64,000 nucleotides of DNA from Hydrolagus colliei. Lineage: Eukaryota. Below, in pieces: positions 37,251 through 50,924 of the stretch. Within the stretch, counting starts at the first letter, position 1, and every line of letters begins with the position of its first letter. Made by a program: the position numbers and the translations under genes. The stretch is taken from NCBI GenBank assembly GCA_035084275.1, contig CM068750.1, forward strand, positions 10,478,001 to 10,542,000, read 5' to 3'. The notes beneath the pieces are model-generated. The model was not told the DNA's origin, did no database searches, and was given only the letters and a program-made list of their open reading frames with translations.

Positions 37251-40200
37251 CCCAAATAACTGATATTTCTGTTTCATTACGCTGCATGTTATAGGGGAAA
37301 AAGTCTCAGGTCTTACCTCCGAAACTCATTGCTCTTCCAAACAAAATCATCAGAAAGCATGAATAGTTTTCAATACATTTAACCCAGTTTGGACCCGGTA
37401 TGATGAGAAGTCTTTCACAGCAAAAACGTTATATAGCAAGAGATTTGATTCTGGATGGACAGACAGATGGCTAGTGTTAACACAACACAACTCACTTGTT
37501 CTTTTAGCACCTAGAAGAATTACCCCAAAAAAACAAAAATGTTAAAAACAAAAATTGGGTCTCATCCAGAGTTTAAGCTCGGGTGAGGAATTTCTTTCCA
37601 GATCCAGTAGAAGAGGCAGGTGCAGCCTTTTGAACTGTTTCAATGCTTGATGGGATGGCCATCTGTTCTTTCATTTCTGGAAACATTCAAAATTCAGCAT
37701 CTATGTCCCAGTTCAGGCTTGAATCGTCGCCACTGTTTCTCTCCTCGATTCCAGGCACTGGTAAAAGTATTCCAGGTTCTAGACACCAAAAAAGTCACCA
37801 CTCTCATTGCGCTGCAACCCCAAACTTGGTACACAGCCTGTTCCTGGATAAATATTTACATTCCAGAGGTAATAGATAGCTTGTGTCATACGCTCATCAA
37901 CATAGTTAGCGACACTTGACATATGAAGCCAAATTTAGGGTGACAACAGGCTATGACCCAGGAAACATTCACATGCAGCGCATGTCTAATCACGCTAAAC
38001 CTTCTGCAGTTGACATGCAATACAAATGCATGAAAGTGTGCAAGAAGCTAGCTCTATTTTTAAACATGATCATCGAGACGTTCTTTAATTGCTCAAAACT
38101 TGCAATGCATTTCAAAAACAAAATAGATATTTCCTTTTGGAGAGTAACTCCTGTAAGTCTCCTATCCTAAACTGGGAATGAGAGAAGGGGGTGGGGGGGA
38201 AGAGGGGAGGGGATGAAATCGCATTGCAATGTGACCTCAACTTATTCACTCGTAAACATATGCAGAAAAGGAGAAAGGCCTTTTACTCTTTGATTCAATT
38301 ATGCTACATGCCAAATTATCACTTTAACTTTGCAATATGAAACATTTGTTAATGCTACTATGTATTTGTAATAAAACAATAAAGGGCTGTGTTGGGCTAA
38401 AAAGCCCATGTTAAACATTTGCTTTGATGCGGTGATGAAGTCCACTTGGTACATAGGCTGCTGACGTTTTACACCATTTAAATTTTTCTTTCAACAAGGC
38501 TGTCATTCTTTATCGTGACACACAGTTTATTTCCGCTAAGTTTCAGTACAACATCTCTGCATTCCTCACCTAAACTGGAGCCTTTTAGCATCTAATCCTA
38601 AAAGGATGCAAACAGTCTCTTGACCTTTTCACTGGTACATGTTTTGACATTAAGAAATAAAATGTTGCAAGGCAGGTTACAGAACAATAACTATTTTAAC
38701 TGGAGATGGGATGACTTAATGTGCATCAAGTACTACAAGTAATAAGAACTCTGGTAAAGAAATATAATTTATGAGGGCACCGGTGCACAGAACAGTGGGA
38801 AGAGAGGGATGTTAAAAATTATGTTAAATATTAAAATGATATCCAAGTAACTGGATCCTAATTACAAGCCCTTAACTGAAGCACCTATCCAATGTCATAG
38901 TGAAAGGTCCTGCTTAGGATTTTTAATGATTAACTTTCAGAAACATCTTAAGTGTCCCACTCCCTTTGTAACTTGTCCATTTCCCAAGCAAGAACTGGCA
39001 ATACGCGCACAACTTAAAGCCAGAGCATTAGCTAATTTCAGTACTTTTGCACACTTTTGCCATCTGTTGGCTGTGTACATTGAGGTCTGATGTCTGACAC
39101 TCTTCCGCCCTGCCTGATAACAATGACCAGCTCAGACGAGGTCTCCAGAGCAGAGAACAGCTGCAGGAGCTCAACAGCGAGAAGTAATGAACCACTGCTT
39201 TACAATAGTTGAGTGCCTCTCAGCACTAATGCTAGTGTTTCACTTGTATTCCCAATTCTATGGTGTTGCTTCTATATCATTACTTTCAACATTTTGGAAG
39301 TTACAGTCAAGTAGTAACCAGAAGGTCAGTGCTTGTTCTTGAAAAAACTCCTAAAACAATAATCTGGCTTGAAAATGTTTTTAGTTAAGATTTTGAGGAC
39401 AGAACTTCCACCCAACTTTAGGGCTTTGTATAATCCAAATCTGTAATATCCAATTCATGTTCCCTCTAGCCTCTAGAATCTCCAGCTCTTTACTTGCTCC
39501 TTCATGACCACTTTCATTGTACTGTACTTAGAATAGTTTGATCAGCCACAGAAGCACAGCATTCTGAACTCCCAGCAGTGTGATCACGGATATGTGCAGC
39601 AAGCAGGTGCAAGATGGAAGAGCTTGCTTGACAAATATGCAGATTTCTGAAAAATATCAGTAACACAGGCTGGTGGGTTTTCAGATTTCTAATGAGCAAA
39701 ATAATAGTTTAGAAATAGTAATCTGCCTTGACAAAACATACTTAACATTTGTTATTTTGCGGCACTCCCTTCCTTCCCACAGCTTGTTACTGTGGGAGAG
39801 GTCCTGAAGGAGAGGAAATCGAGCTGTGTACGATACTGCAGTCTGCACTGATTGTGCCTCAACATGGTATGATCATTATAAGTAAGTACTGATAGTCTCA
39901 ATCGTAGGCTTGTTTTGGACAACTTGTTGTTTGCCACAAACAAAACCTGTCCTCATTACGAGTATCCAAACCAGACATCCACATATGTATGTGGATATTA
40001 AGTGCCAGAGGACACTACCCTGCACGAAGGGTGCCATATAAATACAAGTTGCTATTGTAGACATTAAAATTTCCCTGAGTCTGGGATAGAATGCACACTC
40101 ACTTTCTGGAGGGACTGTCCCTTCTTTACCAATTCCAGAGAGCATTAAGCACAGACTGTCGAGAGCCAATGGTTGGGGACCACAGGACTCAATGGTAGAC

Positions 40201-43200
40201 ACAGCCCTGATTTCAATGTGTAGGTTAATATAGTACCAACTATGAAGCTCACAGTCCTTTCATTAGTTTAGCTGAGAAGGGTACATGCTCCTCACATTCA
40301 CAGCAGCAAGTGAGAGAAATGAATGCTGAATTTGTTGTTATGAATGATACATACGTAAACACACTAAATAAACATAGCTTTTCACCACTTCCTTGCCTCC
40401 AGAATCTTGTCATGTAATCAAAGTGCTCCCAATTGCCGAACTTCCCTTGACCACCTGCTTGTCTGCGGTGTATGGAACATTTAGCAGCAAACCCTGGATT
40501 CTCCAAATAGAGCTTTAAAAGATTTTGCAAGGACCATTTTTACAATGTGTGTACCCAGACTATTTTTTCATTCCCCAAAATACTACTTTTTCTTTAGTTC
40601 CCCAATCATTAGATTTAAATACAACTAGTTACTTAAACCACTGCCCTTGCTCTAAAGGTAGCAGTGGGAGGGTGTAACCCTGGAGGAAGAAGTGAGGCTG
40701 GCAGTGAGCAATGTAAACAATGTATCAGAGCCAAAGAGCAGTAAGATGTGCGTTTGCAAGTAGCACTGGAGAACACAGACTTAATGCCAGAAAATTTGCT
40801 TCCACAGTTTTATTACTCAACCAACATTTTGTAGTTCAAGGGCTTGGGAGGCAGTTGTGAAAAGGCACCTGCAAACAGTGGAATGTACCTCACAGAATTT
40901 ACACAATCAAAACAACAGCCTTTAGGATCACTAATATGCTGCTATAACCAAGTGTGAGTGCACAGACCACCGAAAATATTTATACTATTCAACAGTCTCT
41001 CATTTGCCTAAATGCATTAATCTACTGGGGCTCTTGGATTACTTTCTGATAATCCCTAGAGTTTCTACAGCAAGATTCCAGCTCCAGGAATAGCACCAAT
41101 TATTTTTTTTGTCACTGATCTGGTTTACTTCATAATGCCAAAGAGTTACAGAGATAGACATTTGCGATAAGACAAAAGTAGGAATAAAATCCCAATCCCG
41201 AGTACTGGCAAGTAAGAAGCGCTCCTCAGTCATGTTGGGTAAATCAGTAAAAGGAGGTGAATGTGAGAAAGCACTTGCTTTTAATAGTGGTTAGCCCTCA
41301 ATGCCTGGGCCACATTAAATACTTTCATACATATTTGACAATGTTAATGAAGCATGACTTGGATATGCAAATAAAATCAGAGTCTCAGACATAAAATGCA
41401 GTCTCAGACATGGCTACGTGGGATTTGATTTTGAACGTGACAGCCAAACACCTCTGGACTGAGATGAGAGTTGTCTCACAAAGTTACAGAAAGCATGAAA
41501 GCATTCTCTGTCTTTTGAACAGTGCCAATTAAGATCCTATTACTATCCAACTTCATACTGCACTTGTGACATGCAGAGAATACTTAGCAGTAAATCACTG
41601 AGTGTGGAACTTATTTGTGGGATTGATTACACATTGATTCAATGTCTTACTGTCACATCTTCTGAGTATAATGTTTGCCAAAGTCAACAATACCGTGTAT
41701 TGATTTCAGACATGCCTTTCCCTTCCTATTTTGGTATCCCTGTAAGAATTCTAAAACTGGACACTTTGCTACCATGACAGGCTCCCTTTATCTGCACTGA
41801 AGCTATCACATTGTACACCGACACGCTACACTAGAAGAACTTTCTGCTACTGAGTACACCACGATGTACACCAGGCTTTTTAAAAAAAAATAAACAAAAA
41901 TAAATAAAAATGTTCCTGTTTTATTGGCCTACTCGCTGTTGCTATTAATTAGGTCAGCACTCCAAAAATTGGCATCTGGCATTTGCTGGCTGACAGAAAG
42001 CTGGCAGCAGGAGCCACATGTCTTTCTCTCAAATGAAGCAATTTATTTACCCATCACTGCCAAATGCATGCTGACTGGTCTCACAGGCAGACACGTGTAT
42101 TCTCCACAGCTAAGGCCTGTGCTTGCTCTTCACACTTCAGACACAATCTCCTAGAGATTCACTGATGCTCAACTTCAATTGCCGACATTCCGTAACCTGA
42201 AAAATATAATCCATGCTGCAAACAGTTCAAATGGGTCTTCTAACCCACCACTGAATGTCGTATTTCAAAACAAGTGTTTCCAGAGGGATTTGCCCAGCAC
42301 TGGAGTTGAGACAGAAACTTTCGGGAGGATAAGGAATTCTTGGAAACATGGAAATAACTTGGCTGATATCAAGAACACTTGCTCAATCTTTCTCTTGTGA
42401 ATTCATCAAAAACATTTTAATATGATAGATTTTGGTCAACAGTATGGCAAAATTTGTATTAACCAATATGGGGCAAAATTGTCAGATGGTGTTACATAGG
42501 AGTAATTCAGACTTGAACATCCCATCACAAGATGGTGGTTTTTGGTAGCGAATAGCATTGCGTATTTTGAGCTTTGCACTTAAAAACCTTTGTTTCAAGG
42601 ATGTTCTGACCCATTGCAGTAAAGCAATAGTAATTGCATTTATTGCTCTGGTATGAACCTGAGAGATGAGAAAGGCTACCCCTACCTAATGAACTGTGTT
42701 CCAATCTGATTTAAAAATGCCACCTACTATTATTGTATTGTTACAGGGTTGGAAGACAGTATGTATTTAGTATTTATACTGTGTTGCTACATAGGAATTC
42801 GAATGTGACAGCCAAACATCTCTGGAGTCAGGTGAGAGTTGGGTCACAAAGTTGCAGGAAGTATGAACCATTTAGTCACAACTCAAGGCTCAACACTTGC
42901 CTGGGTCTATGTCCCAGTTATAGTGTGCCAAGAGGGGAAGTGTTGATGTTTTATAAAAGGGATGTATGTAGACAGCAGAGTTGTCCTGCCTGCTAGCATT
43001 GTAGTTAAGTGGAAAGCAGAGCTCCTTCTATACGTACTCAAAATACATGCCCAGAATACTGACTACTGGCGTCTGATTGGATGTTTACTCAAACATAGAG
43101 CTGTGCTAATGGTGTGAGACATGCTCTTCCAGGTGATTTGGGTGCTGGAAATTGGCATGACTCATACTACGCCTGAAACCCAAAGTGATTTAAGAAGGAT

Positions 43201-43972
43201 CCAAAGCATTTCTTTCATTCCCCTTTAGAACATTCAGTTGTGATTAGTTGCAAAATGGCATTTTCATACGAGTTCCAAGAAAGTAAAACAGGCAAAGGAA
43301 CTGTGCTATTTACAACTCACATTGGGTTTTAATGACCTCATAGCAAAGCAATAATTTGTGAATGAATGTGAACCATATTTTAACTGGAATAGAAACCTTG
43401 AAACTGATTAGCCAATTATGCAGCTGATTTAATGAGGACAATTATTTAACTGTGAAAAGTCTCACTTTGCAAAAAGGTTCACATTCTGCCTCTATTTCAC
43501 TTTGTTCTGCACCCGGCACATACATTGTAAGCACTCTGAAAACTTTCCTACCCATTTTCTAAAGCAAGTTGTTATTGGTTGCACACTTACAAAAGCTTTG
43601 GACAGAAGACACTGAATTTTTCTAGTGATAACCTGAACATGGTTTTAGGGCATGTCATGTAATCGCGCTTGAGTCAATTTGTTCTGTGGCTCCACAGAAT
43701 TAAAGGACAGCAGATTTGAGCAGATTAATTAGGTGAAGATTTTCAGACAGTTTGCAGTACCCGGAGGATTTCTCCATAGTAGAGTAGGCAAAATTTTAAA
43801 CGCAGTTGTCAGGATCATATCGTGTGGATAACTGTAAATCTTATATTGTTAATGACAATAACCATCTTTACATTTGGTATAGTGTCTTTCACATGGGTAC
43901 GACATCCCAAAGTGTTTCATTCATTTATGATGAAGTGACTGTGTATTGCTAAAACTGACCAAACTAAAAAGT

Positions 43973-44630
43973 AACAACAACAACAAAATTACATTTGTAT
44001 AGTGCCTTTCACGTCGGGAGGACGTCCCAAGGTGCTGGACAGTCAATCTTTTCAAACCCGAGGAGGGCTCGAGATTAGGGAGGGTGGTGGGAAAGGAGGG
44101 GATTTGGGGTGACCGATGGGATCCTTGAAGAGGAGGATCTGGAGGTGGTACTTGAAAGAGGCTAGGGAGGGACTGCGGAATGGTGAGGCTGGTGGGTCAG
44201 GGGACATGAGCAGATCGGAGCCCGCTGTGCAGAGGAAGCTGGCAGCTTGGTAGGGGGTTAGGAGGTCGCAGAGGTAGGGTGGGGCAAGGCCATGGGGATG
44301 TTGAAGGTGAGGACCAGGATCTTGAATTGATTCGTCTGGTTGATGGGGAGCCAATGGAGTCGAGTGAGAATGAAGGAGATGGGGTCGCGGAGCTTGGAGT
44401 TGTAGAGGACATGGGCCACAGAGTTCTGGAAGATCTGCACCCTATGGAGGGAGCAGAAAGATAAGAGTTGGGTGGAAGTTGACCCTATGTCTGTGGATGA
44501 TGTCACCAAGGGGGAGCATGTAGCTGGTGAAAAGTACGGAGCCACGGACAGAGCTCTGCAGGACGCCACAGGTGACAGTGCGGGGGCTGGAAGTGAAGCC
44601 TTTGGTGATGACAAAGTGGAAACAGGCATA
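43973..44630 (-). mobile_element. L2 LINE 3' fragment with internal deletion
   Basis: (CAA)n tail, LHWLPINQTNQFKILVLTF and GVLQSSVRGSVLFTSYMLPLGDII. The segment from YADD to SRLDY is missing. Confidence 0.88.
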
Positions 44631-44879
44631 TTTTTTCAAATTATATGCTGCTAAACTAAATTGAAATGAGAGAAAGATCAGATTACAAAACAGTTTTATT
44701 AGTTAGTGTATTTGAAAATACTCACATGTCTGTTCCGAAGGCAATTCTATTTATCTTTCCCAATCAGGATAACCATATTATGCCTGACAAAAACATCTCA
44801 TCGCCCACCTTGTGTGGACAATAATGCACTTTGCATCAGCAACCAACATTTGCCTACAGAATATAGACACTACACTTTA

Positions 44880-45012
44880 CATAATAATAATCTTTGCATT
44901 TGATATAGCGCTTTTCACGTCTTCTAAACATCTCAAAGCACTTCACAGAATATACTGTAAAGTGAATTGACTTGTATGTGGGTGAAATGCAGCAGCCAAT
45001 TGTGCACAGCAA
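44880..45012 (-). mobile_element. SINE 3' half (10785 family), followed by an oppositely oriented SINE tail at about 45030-45087
   Basis: ataataataatctttgcatttgatatagcgcttttcac...; then tgtgaagcgtatttgagaca...actatatcaaatgcatg on the plus strand. Confidence 0.8.
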
Positions 45013-45089
45013 TTATATCCTGATTATAATCTGTGAAGCGTATTTGAGACATGCTCCTGACATGAAAGACACTATATCAAATGCATGTA

Positions 45090-45832
45090 CAGTAGAAGCT
45101 TGTTTTTCCAGCACCCGCGGGACCTGGCCAATGCCGATTAAAACGCCTGCCGGATATTTGGGCGGCCTGTAGCCGAAAACCCACCACAAAAAAATGTGAG
45201 TTATTTTAATACACACCATACACACTAGACTAAGTAATAACACATAATAACAGAATATCATATTGGTACTTATTGTTAAAACTACTCTCTTGCACTTCTC
45301 ACCTTTACTGATTGAGGTTTACAGTCCAGCAATTCTTTTTTAAATGGAGGACACCAAGCAGGTGAAAAAAACAGCAGCGCCATTTTTAAGTGGCGCGACT
45401 TTACTAGCTGCAAGCTGAAGCCCTAGACTCTACTAACGGCAAACCGAAATACTGCACCTGCACCACAATGTGGGTTATCGGCTAGCGTTATTGGCTTGCC
45501 GCTAGTATGATTTTAAAGTCATATGTGCTCAGTTTTTATCACCCACTTGGCGTGCTCCATTTTAAAAAGAATCGCTGGACTGTAAACCTCAACCGCAGCA
45601 TCATGGCTTCAAGCGCAGCATCTATCAGCAAAGGTAAAAAGCACAAGAGAGTAGTTTTAACAATAAGTACAATACAATATTCTGTTATTATGTTATTATT
45701 TATGCATTTACAACTGCTCCACTGCTATTGTTCCGGATAAGTTCCAGTTTATCGAATGGGGACTTTTTTGTTTGCGTGCCGGTTATACGGAAGTGCCGAT
45801 GCATCGAGTCACTGATAAACGGGCTTCCACTG
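45090..45832. mobile_element. Non-autonomous pogo/Tigger-like DNA transposon (743 bp) with TA target-site duplication
   Basis: TA|CAGTAGAAGCTTGTTTTTC...GATAAACGGGCTTCCACTG|TA. The internal peptide MASSAASISKGKKHKRVVLTI resembles the pogo/TIGD N-terminal KRKRVVLTI. Ends are shared with 51704-51914. Confidence 0.85.
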
Positions 45833-47119
45833 TATTACTATTATGTTTAATTCTCTCAAATATTAAGTACAAATACTAAGAGTGCTTTACTCAGTCATGC
45901 CACTGTTTTGTAAGTTTTTTTTTCTTAAACCATTAAGAATACATAAGGTCAGATTCAAGAATAAAAATGAATCCAAATTTAGTGCTAGCATTCTTAACTG
46001 TGTAGTAACAGAACATTTTGCTTAACAGGCAAACTTGAAAACAATAAGATATATGCACATGAACATATTAATGCAAAGAAAGCAAAAGAGACTGAAATGT
46101 GAAGGGAAAAACAACCCAACATATAAATGCCTGAAAGCTCTGAATGTTCCCACTCCAGGATGTTGTCCTTTGAAGTCCATTCCAGTAATTCTCCCTTTAT
46201 TTATACTGGTCAAGCAATCTCAAACGATTATTTTTGATCCTTCAAATAAAATTTAAAAAAACAATCACCTACAGTAGAATTCTCAAGAACGAGCAATAGT
46301 AATTGAATCCTTCTCAGCTCCTGAAAATGGGAGCTCAAAAGGAGCGGTTTCCATGGTAACCAATGCACAGCAATGAAACCTTGTGTCATTACCTTTGAAT
46401 TGCCTGAAAACTGGAAAGGATGGCTTAAAAGCCTGCCATTTTCTCTGAACAGAAAACCAAAATGCCGGCTTAAAGCACCAATAACATACCCAATGCACAT
46501 CTGACCAAATGCAGTCACATCTCAAGTGCTATCCATTTTGTTGTGAGATTCCCCCATTTCCTGCAGGACTATTGTTCTGTCCCTCTCCACAATACCAATA
46601 AATCTTTACACTGTTTCCATGAGAATTTCTCCTTCTCCCCGGTTGCCTTTCCAAAATGGTGGTTTCAGTTTGTTTTAAATCCGATTCTTTAATTTTTCCT
46701 TTTGTAATTCCATGTGCCCTCCTCACTCTTCTTTGTTTTAATCACACAGTGTGAATCGCCTCCAAATGAGCAAAGTCTTTCTTTTTGCACACAAATAATG
46801 AATGTGTACAATAATTGTAAATAAAAGATAGCATACAATTTATATCACGGTCTGTATACTGGAGTCTAATTTGCAAATTGGATTCGTAATCCATGTAAGA
46901 TATTTGCAGGTTGGGTCAACCATGTACTAATTGATGTGAGCAGCATCTGAATGTAAGGCAACTTGGCCCCTGGGCTTTTACCTGCTTCTGTTATGGTTAC
47001 TTAGCTGGCAGATCAGTCAGGTAAGGGGGCCAAGCTAACAGACATGTGAGGAACATCAACTCATTATCTCTATGATTATGTTTGTACACGTGCAGTGTTG
47101 TCCTAGTTGTAAAAGTAAA

Positions 47120-47330
47120 TAAATAATAATAATCCTTTCATTTGATACATCACCTTTTACATCAGGAGGTTTCTCAAAGTGGTTCTACTGCAAAGTATAG
47201 TCACTAATTTGTGCACAGCAATATACCCATGAAGTGATTGACCAATTTTATTTGGGAGATTGTCGGCCAGGACACCAGGAAAAATTCCTTTCTTCTTTTA
47301 AACAGTGGAATGGGATCTTAAATGTTTATC
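47120..47330 (-). mobile_element. Degenerate Deu-domain-type SINE remnant
   Basis: Reverse tail, tttgtgcacagcaata, ggccaggacaccagga and tgggatctt. Confidence 0.6.
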
Positions 47331-49556
47331 AGAAAAAAAACATGGCTAAGTGCAAATTGGCTGTCTCTTTTGCCTAAAATGCACAGTAAAATCCTATGAA
47401 GCATTTTGAGGTTCCAACAATATAAGGTGCTATATCAAATACAATGATTCTCATCAATTATTATTGTTACTATTATTGTATCTCGTGCTGGTACATAAAT
47501 CTGCTGCACCATCTCCTTCAACACATTCACTCCCACTCTTGTTTGTTTTGTATTTCTAAGTCATGATTTCAATAAATTCAAGATAGCATTATTGCAAAAT
47601 TATTATAATTAAATTCTCATCTGCAGTGCTCTATGATGTCTAAGACTCCAAATACAAATCAGCATTCAGACAGTAAGTGTTTAAATTTAAATAAATTATA
47701 CACCAATCTGATCCACAGAAACCCAGATTTATGCATTGCTACTTTTAAAGTACACCTTCCCTATTAATTACTCAGGTCATTTAAGATATAAATTTGAACA
47801 GGCTTCGCCCAGTTCCCATTACGTATTGACTCTTAGTAATGAACTGCTTTTAATTTAGCATTCAAATATTGCTCAGAAAAGCTACAGAATGACTGCTGTC
47901 AGAAATGGAAAGTTAGGAGTGATTTTCTGTGGTTGTCCCTGAAGCACATTGTTATATCTGAATGAAGGAAATTTGACATCCAACAGTGCTTGTATGCTTG
48001 ATCACTGCTTGATAGTGTGCTGGGCACTTTGAATGGGTCAAAGAATTCAATTTCCAAACTATTTTCATTCACTTTGATCAGCCAAAGCTCACAACGGAAA
48101 GAGTTTTTAAAAGTTTACAGGGAAGTTGATAAATTTGGTCCCTTTGTGCCAGAGAGAAAAAAAAACCGTTTAAAGAAAATTGTCCTGCAAAGCTCTGGTA
48201 AAGCAGGTGATTTCACATTATTAGACAGAAGTAACTAATTTGCTTTGATATGTAGTAGTAATTAGAGCCATGTAACATGAAATAATTATTTTAATTGAAC
48301 AAACATGCATAAACTGGACTAAGCAACTTCTGACAAACAGTTATACAATTACATGTGCTTTTCATTACCAAATGTTTTGCAACATGGGGGCGGAGGATTT
48401 GTAGAGCTCGAGAACTTCCTCATTTGAACCTTAGAGATGTCTTGTGAACACTCTCCTGCCTTGTAACCTTCACCAGTGGGATTTCTCCTCCTCTTCAAAT
48501 TTACAGATACATACCAGATTGCATCTATGAGTGTGCAGGCTATGAAAACGCAAACATCCCAACTTTCTGCTGGAATGGGGAATGGAAAAACCACAGCCGT
48601 CCTGATCCATTGCCAAGCTAAGCAATAAATCAGTATCTTGGGTCAAACCACACTTCAGAGAGTTTTAATTTACACCATAAACAGTATCTGCACCTATTCA
48701 TTGTTGGCCATACCCTCTTTAATTCCTCTTGCAATGTTGGGCTTTGAAGTCACACACCAGGTGCACAACAATTCACCCAAAGTAATTTTTTAAATGGCAT
48801 AAAATAGTCTCAACCCATTAACTTCAAACTGAAAACAAATCTGAATAAACATTTTTCCTCGAGTTGCATCAATGTCATTAAAAGAGACTGTGTATTTTAG
48901 TATCAACCAATAAAACTGAACCTAGAAGAGACTAGATAACAAAGGCATCTTTACAATGATAATGAATTTTATATACTGTATTTATTTATTGGACAGACAC
49001 TAGCAGTATCTTAATGCAAACACTCTCTGGGTATCAAAACCACTGTTGAAATTTCCACAGTCGTTTTGTGTCATCATGGTTTCCTTTAATTTTCCGTCAA
49101 GTTATTTTGATGCAAAATTCCTGGGTGTGGACCAAAACTAATTTTATTCCTTTTTAATAAAAAATAGGAAATCCTGGAAATGCATCATATCAATTCTAAT
49201 GAAAGCTCACGCCCAAACCTCACGGAAAACCTTGTTTTCCCTCTCAGATGTTCTCCCAACGTGAAAGGCGCTATATAAATGTAATGTTGTTGTTGTAATT
49301 TTGTTGTTATTTTGTTGTTATTCTCATTCAAGCTGCCATGTATTGCAGCATTTTTTATTTGTTTCTGACTCACATCATATGCAGCAATTTTATATTCCAG
49401 TTTTCATATTTTCATACTCCTCCCCAATATCCCAATACTGCCCCCAATATGAAAGTTGCTATATAAATGTAAATTTGCATTATATTGTCTCACAATCTCT
49501 CTTGTGTACAAACTCTCACATTTGATATACTGCCCTATAGGTTCACAGCATTTACA

Positions 49557-49720
49557 ATAATAACAATAATCCTTGCATTTAGTATAGCACCTTATCATAT
49601 CTTTGAGACTCGAAAGTCCTTCACAGAATATATTATAAAGTGAATCGAATGTATATTTTGTAGGTGAAATGCGGCAGCCCATTGAGCACAGCAATATCCC
49701 ACAAACAGTCTTGGAATGAA
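49557..49720 (-). mobile_element. SINE 3' half (10785 family)
   Basis: aataatccttgcattt...aaagtgaat...gcagcc...atcccacaaacagtc. Confidence 0.75.
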
Positions 49721-50504
49721 CAAAAGTTGCAGTAGAGTTTATATTTCTGGACTAAATGGAAGTATTAGAAGGTTTTAAACATCTTAGTTCAGCTCAGTAC
49801 ATATTACCATACTCTATATTTGCATTTTTATGCTTGGCTCTGGATTGTGCAGGAAATATGCAGAGTCTCCCAGCTAGCATAGAAATTCTTAGAGACCGAT
49901 AGGGAGAGCTTCCAGCTCAGTGACAGCATAGCTGAAAGGGAGAATGAAGTGAGTTGTTCTCTATGCTTTCTGAATGAATATCCCACTGTGTGCTGAAGAC
50001 ACACTCACATTTTCACTTCCAGTTATGTCATTTCTTGGCTAGAGTTATACGAATCACAAAAGCAAACCAGAGCATACGTATGTAAGACTGGCTATTGATA
50101 TTTTGAGGCAAGATGGACCTCAGTGAAGGTGCTGTTTGGAGTCTTATTGACAGAGTGAGTATAACCTCCACATTGAGATGTGAAATAGTCTGAGCACCTT
50201 GAATGAGTAAATGACATGTCATATTTATGTGTCTATGAAACTGCACAATCCCTGTGGTAAGCAAAAAATGGTATGCGATATTACAGATATATTATCACTT
50301 AATCCACATGAAGACACTAAACTCTTAAACTTGGTTATGCTAATTTCTAAACACTGGAACCAATATCAACCAAATGAATATTCCAAATTGATCATATCTT
50401 TGTCCATAAAATGAATACAGTGAGAGTGTATATCCACTGCAATCAATTTTTATATAATGTTAAGCTAGCACAGAACATATTTTATGAATTGGGTCATTGT
50501 GAAA

Positions 50505-50924
50505 TATAAACCAATGCACCTAATACAAATTGCATTAAGTATGGTGCTTTTAATGATAACTTCAAAAGCATTTCGCACAAGGAGTTAAATTGAACTATTG
50601 CATATCGATCCAATTCTGATGAAACATTAAGCCGACGTTCTATCTGCCAGTTCAAATCAACATAAAAAATCCCATGGCACTATTTCAAAGAGGAACACGG
50701 AATTATAATAACATCTTCGCCAATATTCTTCCCTCATTCAAAAGCACCAAAGAAAGATTAATTAGCCATTCATCTCGTTGGTGTATGTCAGTCATTCCTG
50801 CTGCATTTGCCTGTATAACAACAATTTCTACAGTTCAATTTAACTCCTTGTGCGAAATGCTTTTCAAGGCATCATTAAAAGCACCATACTTAATGCAATT
50901 TGTAGTAAGTGCATTTGGTTTATA
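50505..50924. repeat. Inverted repeat with about 92-bp arms around a 235-bp SINE-like spacer
   Basis: 50505-50596 is the reverse complement of 50832-50924 with few mismatches. The spacer contains atcccatggcactatttcaaagagga, a DeuSINE-like core. Confidence 0.9.

Noticed and set aside
38200-38560. Possible conserved enhancers (also about 46300-46460, 52880-52990 and 63600-63930)
   Set aside because: Non-repetitive and motif-rich by eye, but conservation cannot be judged without alignments.
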